This document shows positions 20,001-27,320 of a stretch of 64,000 bases of DNA, in pieces. Where the stretch lies: the NCBI GenBank assembly GCA_041690595.1, contig JAWLHB010000040.1, positions 1 through 64,000 on the forward strand, read 5' to 3'. Position 1 is the stretch's first letter. Every line of letters starts with the position of its first letter. The stretch comes from Lentisphaeria bacterium. Its GTDB lineage: Bacteria; Verrucomicrobiota; Lentisphaeria; JABSQK01; JAWLHB01. Both the position numbers and the translations under genes were made by a program. The notes under the pieces are model-generated. The model worked only from the letters and a program-made list of their open reading frames with translations. It ran no database searches and was not told where the DNA came from.

Positions 20001-20269
20001 CAAAAAGTGCCATTCTCCACCAGCGCCGCGGGAGAAGCCGCCATCGCCGCAAGCATCTCGTCGGCACCGATGAAGAGCCGCAGGTGCTCCGCGCTCCCCT
20101 CTGCCTGCACATCCAGCTTCAGGCCAGTATCCGGATTCCACGTGGCAGGCAGATAGAGGTTGCCGCTGTCGTTCTTGACCGTGAACATCGCCTGCCAGCT
20201 ATCCTCCGCATGCAGAGGAATCAGGCAGAACAGAAAACTGAAAGAAAGTGAATAGACATACTTCAACAT
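14072..20269 (-). CDS. Giant (2065 aa) secreted uncharacterised protein with LamG-like and CBM-like modules
   Basis: Uninterrupted 6.2-kb ORF with signal peptide (MLKYVYSLSFSFLFCLIPLHA). The N-terminal about 1230 aa are collinear with 1992..4448. Confidence 0.85.
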   Translation of the reverse strand: MLKYVYSLSFSFLFCLIPLHAEDSWQAMFTVKNDSGNLYLPATWNPDTGLKLDVQAEGSAEHLRLFIGADEMLAAMAASPAALVENGTFWGRLLGLRGSRARVGERPVEYARYAAGGLPKAALGDARLVLKVRPGVWTVYVNDYPVMSLPAPMSAPFTVALPASCLLAGHPARFQKVDSYHFAADFLIPEEEKNQLGPWKPESGTWYIHSALDDALEQKSSTVLTSRPLEAERSANFYCLNGQGEGGIITSGYAFLDDYRLEASMRLDAGEMGLVFYYQGPRDYYEMALTVPEVRNNTVLVRLRRHSSTRVPRRTVLAAVEVEMTSGQWVMPRVEIHHGRIAGYLDNTLLFEVKEALPVGGKFGLTVSADESIRFDDVAVDSVTHLPLETGEDVRFHTSAIMGDFYPLQGEWGPAGERSCGIVPRVSGEEKGLLVGSLSQEPRVVQTRFSQKEGHGEYGLLTAYRGAEQPYLRFVRRLSEVGESFLLEEVKGTESRTLERLHLPVAGEALPATAVTLMVDPTIPRQLRLYRDDELVLIHYPEQELGGASGVYVGAETRVHVSNLEVRGERQELHHSKQEKNQIYVTDPYMRHWSSPEGQWVTDDKGIMWHKGDFFDRFELYMPYVSGSEVHLGVAEGSSTGALVLTAKGHSLTVRYGNAEAGAAPIVVAQLPKSVKEIDELIAVSRQDPANAVAAARLKAAYGIHVEDGWLWLTDADGKLLEKAHFGEALQGRRMRLGGLNYDHLMYSHVVIFNQKDYLFSQAPHDWTVNGGRWQIINRFQCDPRWSHFNGENGDDLAALWGKYVFSGDFSVEMYAGVRHGWYQRAGDLNITIMNQESSAGSGYSIVTTGWDPNESQLWSYLYRNGELIDRSDKYLAPRRRQGNDRAKMHALEATGRPIHGAWYYLKVRRIGNIVEYSFDNDQVFRYEDPDPIPAGSLGLWTYRASMMIARVRVTAEKIEPRPIVFRPAPLKDGPYHAAPVNEVDEASFAAILNHDRAASMMLPSEWSAEDAVGHSTVSWHLENRRTPYFVTTNTLGGGTMQTGQQVARPVGDLAGWSFDFKRTPGALVNLHYSVGYMKPRSEDGKELAYDFTPLRHFYHHLAGEAFEDAVFQKHGETLVAPITRQERDWYRHGDWVRVTAWLPHGEIATLQVPEPTPLALAKDDEKELIDAINRLLTEHEHPRELYIRIDGFGALQPSLVQTGLRGNQPGAAYAVRDFAPVRYSPPRLALRPETDLFSRYLLLDGNRNVLTESSSLAPMERWLELQRYDGLQQVTLRAIGRGGKDVETLLSWIQLPEQPEIACVWDDQQPNTLKLQALAPYADPRFPAASLEVNGAVMPLQARSPFARLALLPPPTGAREEGRTLEVTVRAGDYTFSKTMNAAAMPAGSQPEDGTPGHAPPMLLSLKGPFGLFANFEDKQLDRGIFTGATTINLGHLDKEQGSFLHTRNTAIGQRLQLAINKPFNIYSHPLLQYRYRASEQAVVSINYGTFFYVDLGERRFQANHGGTQYTAHAVRYGEALQTDDQWHSWLGMLSDVPAREPYSVDLLSSPSLSFASFSTEDQTGKFSSLDYDDIVLGPAVSKNEQLTITPTYGGYDFVKQVSVAILPGPKPYHARSLEEREMVQWQTIPNGESFTPELSGLEAGIAHLLLTAMDGRGVRAQVTDLPFCYDNSPLTASQVIGAWNDPVGNGTALMVTFKTNDLAPLDPRSLTFKVDGKAVDARSPLATFTHRPDLQLLTLDHPFLFRDRFNGMKDGESFDLVIDGIRDGAGNASPAMTVPIKVDHASDKVGPAWLPAKLPKNILMSTAWEGRSRKGNYLEAARGNALAVQHVRGEEPYLRTHTYGANGSLSYEPKHWDLALFTHVAMRLRQPEVRNDKPTQVNIVITFTDDRRLVLPLTRPARGGNNIELEKPPVFASNKWISVNFNLHAVARKKWGSKIADLLVVKTLVISRSAAQNSEALDLQSMFVYTPWRTGNTVILDAYDASGVADYLWTYLDSAEKEVATGKLEQPKAAFADLQIPWKEGGWLLIQARDKAGNLSVPLRFPAPIADLLSPTEEAALLK

Positions 20270-20388
20270 AACACTTACCAGGGGAAGCTATGGACGATGG
20301 ATGGCGCGTAGATACAGCGTTGCCGTGGCAGTAGACCGCGGCGCTGCTTGCGTTCTTTGACGCACCCTCTCCCCAAAGGTTCGCTGCT

Positions 20389-21516
20389 TCACCGGATTTT
20401 GAGCGTCGCCAGACCGATCCCCGCCAGAATCACCGAGAGGATCCATAACCGCATCACAATCTGCGTCTCCGTCCACCCTTTCATCTTCAGGTGAAGATGG
20501 TACGGCGCGCACAGAAAGAGCCGACGCGGTTCCCCGGTACAGCGCCGCGTCAACTTGAACCAACCCACCTGCAGCAGTACGGAACCCGCTTCCATGACGA
20601 AGATGCCGCCGACGATCACCAGCACCAGCTCCTGTTTCACCAGAACCGCGATCAACCCGATCGCTCCACCCAGGCTCAGGCTCCCGGTGTCGCCCATGAA
20701 CATGCTCGCTGGATAACAGTTAAACCACAGAAAGCCAAGCCCAGCCCCCGCCATTGCGCTCGCGATCACCGCCACTTCACTGCTGCCCAGGATGAAGGGA
20801 ATGTTCAAGTACCCGGCAATCTTCGCGTGACCGGTGGCATAGGCGAAGATCGCATAGGTCAACGCCGTGGTGATCGTACAACCGATCGCCAGTCCATCCA
20901 TGCCGTCCGTCAGGTTGACGGCATTGGACGCACCGATCACCACCAGCGTCCCAAAGCCGATCGCCAGCATGATCGACATGTTCTCCAGCAACGGATTCTT
21001 CAGGAAGGGGACCATCAGCTTGCGCACATTGTCACCCGTCTCCGGTACGATCGAGAGCAGATAGACCGCCACCATCGCGATCACGATCTGCCAGAAGAGC
21101 TTGGCCTTGCCGGAGATGCCGTCGCGGCTGCGCCCGCGGATCTTCCGGAAATCATCGACGAAACCAACCGCGCCCAGGGCCACCATCAGCCCCATGAAGA
21201 CCAGGACCAGCCCATTCGTCGGTATCGCCCAGAGCAGCATGCTGAGCAGCACCGAGAAGAGGATCAGCAGCCCCCCCATGCTTGGTACCTTCTTCTTTCT
21301 CTCGTCGATATGCTTGGCGGCAATCAGCCCCGCATGTCGATCCGGAGCAACCGCCTCCATCCGATGCAGCAACCGCACCGTCAGGGGACCGAGGGCCAGC
21401 GTGAGCCCGAAGGCGGTGAAAGCGGCGCAACCCGCGCGGAAGGTGACGAAGCTGAAAAGGCGAAGAAAAGAGAGCAGCTCGTTCTGCATGCCGAGCTCGT
21501 GAAGGTAATAAAACAT
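20389..21516 (-). CDS. mraY: Phospho-N-acetylmuramoyl-pentapeptide transferase
   Basis: PSMGG, GFVDDF, SNAVNLTDGMDGL, FMGDTGSL, EAGSV. Ten-TM pattern. Confidence 0.93.
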   Translation of the reverse strand: MFYYLHELGMQNELLSFLRLFSFVTFRAGCAAFTAFGLTLALGPLTVRLLHRMEAVAPDRHAGLIAAKHIDERKKKVPSMGGLLILFSVLLSMLLWAIPTNGLVLVFMGLMVALGAVGFVDDFRKIRGRSRDGISGKAKLFWQIVIAMVAVYLLSIVPETGDNVRKLMVPFLKNPLLENMSIMLAIGFGTLVVIGASNAVNLTDGMDGLAIGCTITTALTYAIFAYATGHAKIAGYLNIPFILGSSEVAVIASAMAGAGLGFLWFNCYPASMFMGDTGSLSLGGAIGLIAVLVKQELVLVIVGGIFVMEAGSVLLQVGWFKLTRRCTGEPRRLFLCAPYHLHLKMKGWTETQIVMRLWILSVILAGIGLATLKIR

Positions 21517-21592
21517 GGCGCGGAATCATCCCCCGGAAGCAACTGTGAAGGCCCATCGATCGATTCTCGCCGTGGCGGGCAAGACCTCGCCT

Positions 21593-21621
21593 AGTATGCG
21601 CCTGCCGTCCCCCTTCGTCAA
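21593..21621 (-). promoter_or_regulatory. Candidate sigma70 promoter for mraY
   Basis: Minus-strand TTGACG-N17-CATACT about 77 nt upstream of the mraY ATG. Confidence 0.5.
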
Positions 21622-21661
21622 TGGCGACAGACCAGCATTTTCTACACTTCAGGCAAAAGCA

Positions 21662-22303
21662 TCAGGGCGCCTCGTCGACCGGGTCTTCCATCAGCTTCAG
21701 CAGTGGCTCCGCCAGCGGCTTCTCGGCATTCTGCCGCAGATACTCCCGCGCTTCCCGGCGCTTCCCCCAGCGCCAGGTCATCAACGCCATCAGGTGCGGC
21801 GCAAAGGCATGTTGGCTCTGCTCCAGGCGGGCCAGCCGCTCGTCGATATGAAGCTGCGCCGGCAGGTAATTCGCCCGCGTTCCACGCTTGTCGGTACTCT
21901 GCGCCAGCCTCTCTCCGATGAGAAAGCGCACATTCACCCCACTTGGGCGATAATAGACGGTCTCGCGCAGCAGGTTCAGGCGAATCACCTTGCCGAAGTC
22001 CGGCCGAAACTGCTCCAGAATGATCGTGTCCACCGTGCTGGCGGCCTGGGTCAGCGTGCGCAAGTCGCGCATCTCGACCGTGAAGTCGTCCAGAATCGGA
22101 TTCCGTTCCGCCGTCGCGATCACCTCCTTCGCTTCATAGCCGGCCCCAAGCAAGAGCAGCCCGAGCACCTCGTCGCGCACCTTGCCCATCGTGGCAAGCG
22201 CATGCTCCTCGCTCGATGTCTGCTCCGAGCCACCCATGCTCAGCGTCAGCACCATCCACGAACCCAGAACAACCGCCAGATATCTCCACCCACGCACAAC
22301 CAT
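21662..22303 (-). CDS. Hypothetical exported protein
   Basis: ATG at 22303 preceded by AGGAG. Signal-peptide-like N-terminus. No family recognised. Confidence 0.55.
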   Translation of the reverse strand: MVVRGWRYLAVVLGSWMVLTLSMGGSEQTSSEEHALATMGKVRDEVLGLLLLGAGYEAKEVIATAERNPILDDFTVEMRDLRTLTQAASTVDTIILEQFRPDFGKVIRLNLLRETVYYRPSGVNVRFLIGERLAQSTDKRGTRANYLPAQLHIDERLARLEQSQHAFAPHLMALMTWRWGKRREAREYLRQNAEKPLAEPLLKLMEDPVDEAP

Positions 22304-22388
22304 AGCTCTCCTCATGTGGCTCTTTAGTAACAAGCTACCATGCCACCATCACCAGATTTTTCCACCCCATTGTCATACCAGCGGTTTT

Positions 22389-22476
22389 GCCACAGAGATC
22401 GCAGAGATCCCAGAGAATACGTTCTGCACTTGCCGCGAAGACGCTCCCGTCTCCGTGCCTCCGTGTCTCCGTGGTT
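22389..22476. repeat. Facing 8-9-nt periodic repeats (CACRGAG type)
   Basis: Left arm gcCACAGAGatCGCAGAGatCCCAGAGaa (22389-22417). Right arm CTCCGTGcCTCCGTGtCTCCGTGgtt (22451-22476), whose reverse complement is aacCACGGAGaCACGGAGgCACGGAG. Confidence 0.75.
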
Positions 22477-22571
22477 ACCTTCGTCCCCGCGTCGCGGGAT
22501 CCTCTTGTAATTTTTCCCTTGACAACGTATAGCTATGTAAAGTTTATTTTTCCTCAAGCGGAGTCACCCGA

Positions 22572-23312
22572 ATGCATGCCTCGAAGAACTCATGGACGTT
22601 GCCGGACCGCAACACAGCCTGCTTTACCCTGATCGAGCTTCTCGTCGTCATCGCCATAATCGCCGTACTCGCCTCCCTCCTCTTGCCGGCACTGCAGACT
22701 GCGCGCGCCGCCGCCAAACAGAGCCAGTGCCTGAATCAGCAGCGCCAGATCGGCTTGGCTATTGCTTTATACAGAGACGATTACGATTCCTTCTATCCCG
22801 TCAACTACATCTGGGCCACCGCTGCCAACACCCCCTGGCCGCCGGGCCTCTACCGCTTCGATCTTCAGGTCGAACCCTACTTCGCTCCAATCTCCAACAA
22901 TCCCCCCAGCCAGAACATCTGGATCTGCCCCGCCAGCGGCTTTTCCAAAGGCATGAGCACTATCGATATGCGGGCTCACGTCTGGACCCTCGATAATTTC
23001 ACTCGCATCGGCAACTACTGGACCAGTACCTTTTACGGCTTCGGCCTCGCTCCCACGGCCACCTATGAAGCACTCTACCGCCCACGCAAGCACATGGGCG
23101 GCGATCCATCCAGCGTCATTCTTGCCGGCGAAACGAAAGGCGTCACCCACAACCGCTTCGGCTACGTCAGCAACGGAATAGCCGACTGCGTCTGGAACCA
23201 CAAATCCCGCACCAACCTGCTCCTCGTCGACGGCCATGTCGACGACTATCGGCTGGGCTCCATCTCCGTTACCGCGCTCAACGCCGCCGGCTTCACCTTC
23301 TATTCTCCCTGA
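22572..23312 (+). CDS. Prepilin-type N-terminal cleavage/methylation protein with C-terminal H-X9-DG motif (DUF1559-like)
   Basis: [24 protein letters not shown]...[18 protein letters not shown] and [14 protein letters not shown]. Confidence 0.92.
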   Translation: MHASKNSWTLPDRNTACFTLIELLVVIAIIAVLASLLLPALQTARAAAKQSQCLNQQRQIGLAIALYRDDYDSFYPVNYIWATAANTPWPPGLYRFDLQVEPYFAPISNNPPSQNIWICPASGFSKGMSTIDMRAHVWTLDNFTRIGNYWTSTFYGFGLAPTATYEALYRPRKHMGGDPSSVILAGETKGVTHNRFGYVSNGIADCVWNHKSRTNLLLVDGHVDDYRLGSISVTALNAAGFTFYSP

Positions 23313-24460
23313 TCCGGCAACCGCCCGTAGACCGCCAGAATGCTCGTGACGGCCTGATCCAGCGCCTCGTCGCCGTGCGCCGCCGAGAGGCTGAAGCGCA
23401 CCCGCGCCGTTCCCTCCGGCACCGTCGGCGGCCGAATCGCCACCCCGCATACGCCCGCCTCCAGCAGCTGCTGACTGAAGGCCATCGCCCGTGCATTGCT
23501 GCCGACGAGGACCGGTACGATCTGCGTATCGCCGGCGCCCGTGTTCAGCCCCGCCTGGCGCAGACCGTCGCGAAAGCGGCGGGAACTCTCGAGAACGCGC
23601 TGGCGGCGCCATGGCTCCGCGGCCGCCCGGCGCAGGCTCTCCAGCATTGACCGCACCACGACCGGCGGCAGGCCAGTGGTGAAGATCAGACTTCTGCACG
23701 TGTTCACCAAGTACTCGATGAGCAGGCGCGTGCCCGCCACGTAGGCGCCATAGGTGCCATACGCCTTGCTGAAGGTCCCCATCTGCACCTCCACCTGATC
23801 GCCAAGGCCAAGCTCGTGCACCAGCCCCGCTCCGCCTTCGCCGAAAACGCCGCCACTGTGCGCCTCGTCGACCATCAGCATCCCCCCATGGCGATTCTTC
23901 AACGCCACGATTCCCGCCAGGTCGGCACGATCCCCATCCATACTGAAGATCGCATCCGTCACGATCAGCTTGCGCGCCTTGGCAGGAGCGCGCTTCAGCA
24001 ACTCCTCCAGATGCCCCAAGTCATTGTGCCGATACCGAGTGAGCTTTGCCCTGCTCAGCAGAATGCCATCGACGATGCTCGCGTGGTTGAGCCGGTCGCT
24101 GAAAACCAGATCGTCCCGCCCGACCAGCGCCGGAATGATACCCACGTTCGCCAGGTAGCCGCTCCCGAAGACCAGCGCCGCTTCGCTCCCTTTCAGGGCG
24201 GCAACCGCACCTTCCAGCTCGGCGCAGGCGGCATGATTACCCACCACCAACCGCGAGGCCGTCGCCCCCGAGCCCACCCCCGCGGGCGCCTCCAGCACCT
24301 CCGCCAGACCCAGGTAGTCGTTCCCCGAAAGATTGACCGCGGGACGCCCCTCCATCTCGATCCGCCCTCCCGGCAGCAGCTTGACAGCCCGAAGCCGGCG
24401 CCGGCAGGCATCTCTCTCCAACTCCGCCAGCCGATCCGCCATCCAGTCGAGCGACGTCAT
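23300..24460 (-). CDS. bioF: 8-amino-7-oxononanoate synthase
   Basis: [40 protein letters not shown] (PLP Lys), AIRPPTVP. Confidence 0.92.
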   Translation of the reverse strand: MTSLDWMADRLAELERDACRRRLRAVKLLPGGRIEMEGRPAVNLSGNDYLGLAEVLEAPAGVGSGATASRLVVGNHAACAELEGAVAALKGSEAALVFGSGYLANVGIIPALVGRDDLVFSDRLNHASIVDGILLSRAKLTRYRHNDLGHLEELLKRAPAKARKLIVTDAIFSMDGDRADLAGIVALKNRHGGMLMVDEAHSGGVFGEGGAGLVHELGLGDQVEVQMGTFSKAYGTYGAYVAGTRLLIEYLVNTCRSLIFTTGLPPVVVRSMLESLRRAAAEPWRRQRVLESSRRFRDGLRQAGLNTGAGDTQIVPVLVGSNARAMAFSQQLLEAGVCGVAIRPPTVPEGTARVRFSLSAAHGDEALDQAVTSILAVYGRLPDQGE

Positions 24461-24755
24461 CCTCTACCTCTCATGCTGTAGTCCGGGGTTGCGGGAACGC
24501 ACCAGCCAATATAATACGCCCGGCCCAGCCGGCAATCCCGAGTCGGCTGACAGCCTCGGGACATGCCGCATCATGCGGAACCGGGAGACGCTTCAACATC
24601 TCTTCACACGCACTTTGGTGGAAATTCCAGCGCAATGCACTTGCATCGTGCGTTTGCCGTGCAATTTTGATCACTTCCAGAGGGCTTCAGCGAAGCAGAG
24701 GCTGTGGCCGAACGGGGAGTCGGTAGAGGAACGGATCAAGAAGGGACTTGTGCAC

Positions 24756-27317
24756 GTGCCAGAGAAACTCTCGGGCTATATTCCCGGCATCACGGTTCGA
24801 TCGCTTGGCGCCATCCTGTTGAGCATGCTGCTCATGGGGATGTACGTGCAGTACGCCGAGATCATTCAGGTCTCCCGCGGCGCTATTGGCGAACAGGCCA
24901 TACCTGTCCCGGCGATCACCGTCTTCCTCCTCGTCCTGCTGGTCGCCGCCCTCCTTCAGGTCGCGGTCAAGTACCAGATCCTCAACCGCCAGGAACGATT
25001 CTGCGTCCTCATCTCCCTCCTTATCGCCGCTCCCATGATGACACAGGGCATGTGGCATCGCTTTGTCGGCATCATCGCCGCCAGCCCGCGCGAAGGCAAC
25101 TTCCATTACATGGATGCCTTCAACGACAAGCTCTGGCCCCACGGACCGAACCTGCTCCACGACCGGCTCGACCCGGATGCCCCGGCCAGCATCGAGGCTG
25201 TCGGCAACGTCGAGTGGCGCGAGATCGAGTATGCCGCTGGCGAAAGCGCCATGCGTCCCGTGCTCGTGAATGAAAATTCCGAGGAGCTTTCCTACATCGG
25301 CTTCACCCTCGATCTGCACGACGAAGAAGGCAATTTCCTGCTCCAGCCCGGGCAGCCCTACCTGGTCAGCTTCCTCGGCAAACCCACCGACCTGCAGAGC
25401 GAAAGCTATTACTTCATACGGTTATACGAAGATGACAAAGAGGACTACAGCGAGGTCGTCAACAGCCGCGAGCAGACCAAGAAGACCTTCCTTCACCAGA
25501 CCGGTTTCCTGCGCGTCGGCCGCTACAATGTCGTGGTGCCTCCAACCATACGGAAAAGCCTGGAGATCCGCATCGGTCTGCAGGGCGCCGGCACCCTGGC
25601 CGTCACCGACCCCAAGTTTTTCAGCGTGGCCGCTCTGGAAGGCGTCTACAAGGGACGCCGCATCATCGGCCAGGCAGCTTTCGACCAACTGAGCCCGAAC
25701 CAGCAGGTCGGCCTGATCGTCAAACCGAACAACATGTTCAGCCTGGCTGGACTGAAATTCCTGATCACCGGCTATATCCCCGTGCGGGACTGGTGGAACA
25801 CCGCCGTCGCCTGGTCGGTGCCGATCTGCTTGCTGCTGGCCGCCATGCTCGCAATCGGCGTGATCATGCGTCGTCAATGGGCGGAAAACGAGCGCTATCC
25901 CTTCCCCCTCTTCCAGATCCCCTACAGCCTCAACGGTGAAGCGGATGAAGCGGAAGACAAACCCTTGCCGTCGATCTGGAAGATGCGTATCATGTGGATC
26001 GGATTCGGGGTGGGACTCTGCTATGCCCTGCTGAAGGGGTGGCATTACTACAATCCCGAGGTGCCTTTCAAGGAACCCACCGTCGCCCTCAGCCAGTACA
26101 TCGATTCGCCATGGTGGGGGGGCATGTGGAACGTCACCTTCGGTCTGTCGCTCCTCCTTATCAGTATCGCCATCTTCTTCGAGCTGAACGTCCTCCTCAG
26201 CCTGGTTGTCGGCTTCTTCCTCTACCGCTCCCTCTTCATTCTCGGCAACTTCTTCAACTGGAAAGTCATTTCCGGCTACCCCTTCCGCTATGAGCAGTCG
26301 ATTGGCGCCTATCTCGCCTACGCCGCGGTGGTACTCTTCTTCACCCGCAAGTACATCTTCCGCATCTTCCGCTATGCCTTCTCGAAGCGCAACAAGGAGG
26401 CATCCGCCGGCGAAGCCTTCTCCTACCGGACTGCCTTCATCGTCCTGGCTGTCGCGTTTCTGGGCGCCATCCTCTGGGCCCTCTGGCTGAACGTCTCCGT
26501 CATCGCGATCGTCGTCTACTTCGCCTTTCTCGTCACCATCGGCTTTGTCGCCGCCAAGCTGAAGAGCGAGTGCGGCCTGCCCGTCGGCTATTTCACCCCC
26601 TACAATGCCATGCTCTTCATCGGGCTGCTGGGCGGCATGACCGCCTTCGGCCCCGGCGCCGTCCTCGTCTGCCTCATCGCTTCCGGCTTCCTGACGGTCA
26701 GCGTCTTCTTCTTCATCCCCGGTACCCAGGTGGAGCTGCTCGAATTCGGCCGGCGCTACAAGTTGGTCCCGCGCCACCTGATCTATACCTGCATTCTCGG
26801 CATCGCGGGCGGCCTCTTCATCGGCGGCTGGGTCTTCCTCTCCAATTCCTATGCCATCGGCGGCGACAACATCAAGTATCAGTGGTCGTACAGTCAGGGC
26901 TGGTTCTTCCGTTCCTACATGACCCAACTGGCGGATGCCACCAGCCAGGTCATGCAGGACAAGGGCGCGGCCAGTCAAGGCATCCTGCCCGTCCACTGGG
27001 CCTACATCGGCGCGGGCGTCCTCACCGTCATTGTCGCAACCTTGCGGCAGCTCTTTGCCGGCTTCTGGTTTCACCCCATCGGCATCATCCTCGGTTCCGC
27101 CCACATGCTCGAATGGGCCTGGGGTAGTGTCCTCTTCGCCTGCGGTATCCGCTGGACCGTCCTCAAGCTTGGCGGCGCCGCAACCGTCAAGAACAAGCTC
27201 TTCCCCTTCTTTATCGGCGTCTTCCTCGGCTGCATCGTCAGCATTCTCATTTTTGTTATCTACGGCGCTTACCTGCAAGACCTTGGAATCGTGCGAATCT
27301 ACAGCGAACTACCCTGA
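24756..27317 (+). CDS. Polytopic membrane protein (DUF6785/DUF6784-like) with an inserted soluble CBM-like domain
   Basis: GTG start after AAGAAGGGA. RRQWAENERYPFPL and WFHPIG motifs. Many TM helices and a soluble insert at about 25134-25630. Confidence 0.75.
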   Translation: MPEKLSGYIPGITVRSLGAILLSMLLMGMYVQYAEIIQVSRGAIGEQAIPVPAITVFLLVLLVAALLQVAVKYQILNRQERFCVLISLLIAAPMMTQGMWHRFVGIIAASPREGNFHYMDAFNDKLWPHGPNLLHDRLDPDAPASIEAVGNVEWREIEYAAGESAMRPVLVNENSEELSYIGFTLDLHDEEGNFLLQPGQPYLVSFLGKPTDLQSESYYFIRLYEDDKEDYSEVVNSREQTKKTFLHQTGFLRVGRYNVVVPPTIRKSLEIRIGLQGAGTLAVTDPKFFSVAALEGVYKGRRIIGQAAFDQLSPNQQVGLIVKPNNMFSLAGLKFLITGYIPVRDWWNTAVAWSVPICLLLAAMLAIGVIMRRQWAENERYPFPLFQIPYSLNGEADEAEDKPLPSIWKMRIMWIGFGVGLCYALLKGWHYYNPEVPFKEPTVALSQYIDSPWWGGMWNVTFGLSLLLISIAIFFELNVLLSLVVGFFLYRSLFILGNFFNWKVISGYPFRYEQSIGAYLAYAAVVLFFTRKYIFRIFRYAFSKRNKEASAGEAFSYRTAFIVLAVAFLGAILWALWLNVSVIAIVVYFAFLVTIGFVAAKLKSECGLPVGYFTPYNAMLFIGLLGGMTAFGPGAVLVCLIASGFLTVSVFFFIPGTQVELLEFGRRYKLVPRHLIYTCILGIAGGLFIGGWVFLSNSYAIGGDNIKYQWSYSQGWFFRSYMTQLADATSQVMQDKGAASQGILPVHWAYIGAGVLTVIVATLRQLFAGFWFHPIGIILGSAHMLEWAWGSVLFACGIRWTVLKLGGAATVKNKLFPFFIGVFLGCIVSILIFVIYGAYLQDLGIVRIYSELP

Positions 27318-27320
27318 GCC

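Noticed and set aside
22389..22476. Possible CRISPR array
   Set aside because: Units are 8-9 nt with no unique spacers, and there are no cas genes.
24563..24670. 35-aa His-rich ORF upstream of the transporter operon as a possible PqqD-bound precursor
   Set aside because: No clear RBS, atypical codon usage and no RiPP-like features. It would need ribosome profiling or conservation evidence.
24333..24755. N-terminal extension of the 994-aa ORF
   Set aside because: Overlaps bioF and its promoter region. A GTG with RBS at 24756 is more plausible.
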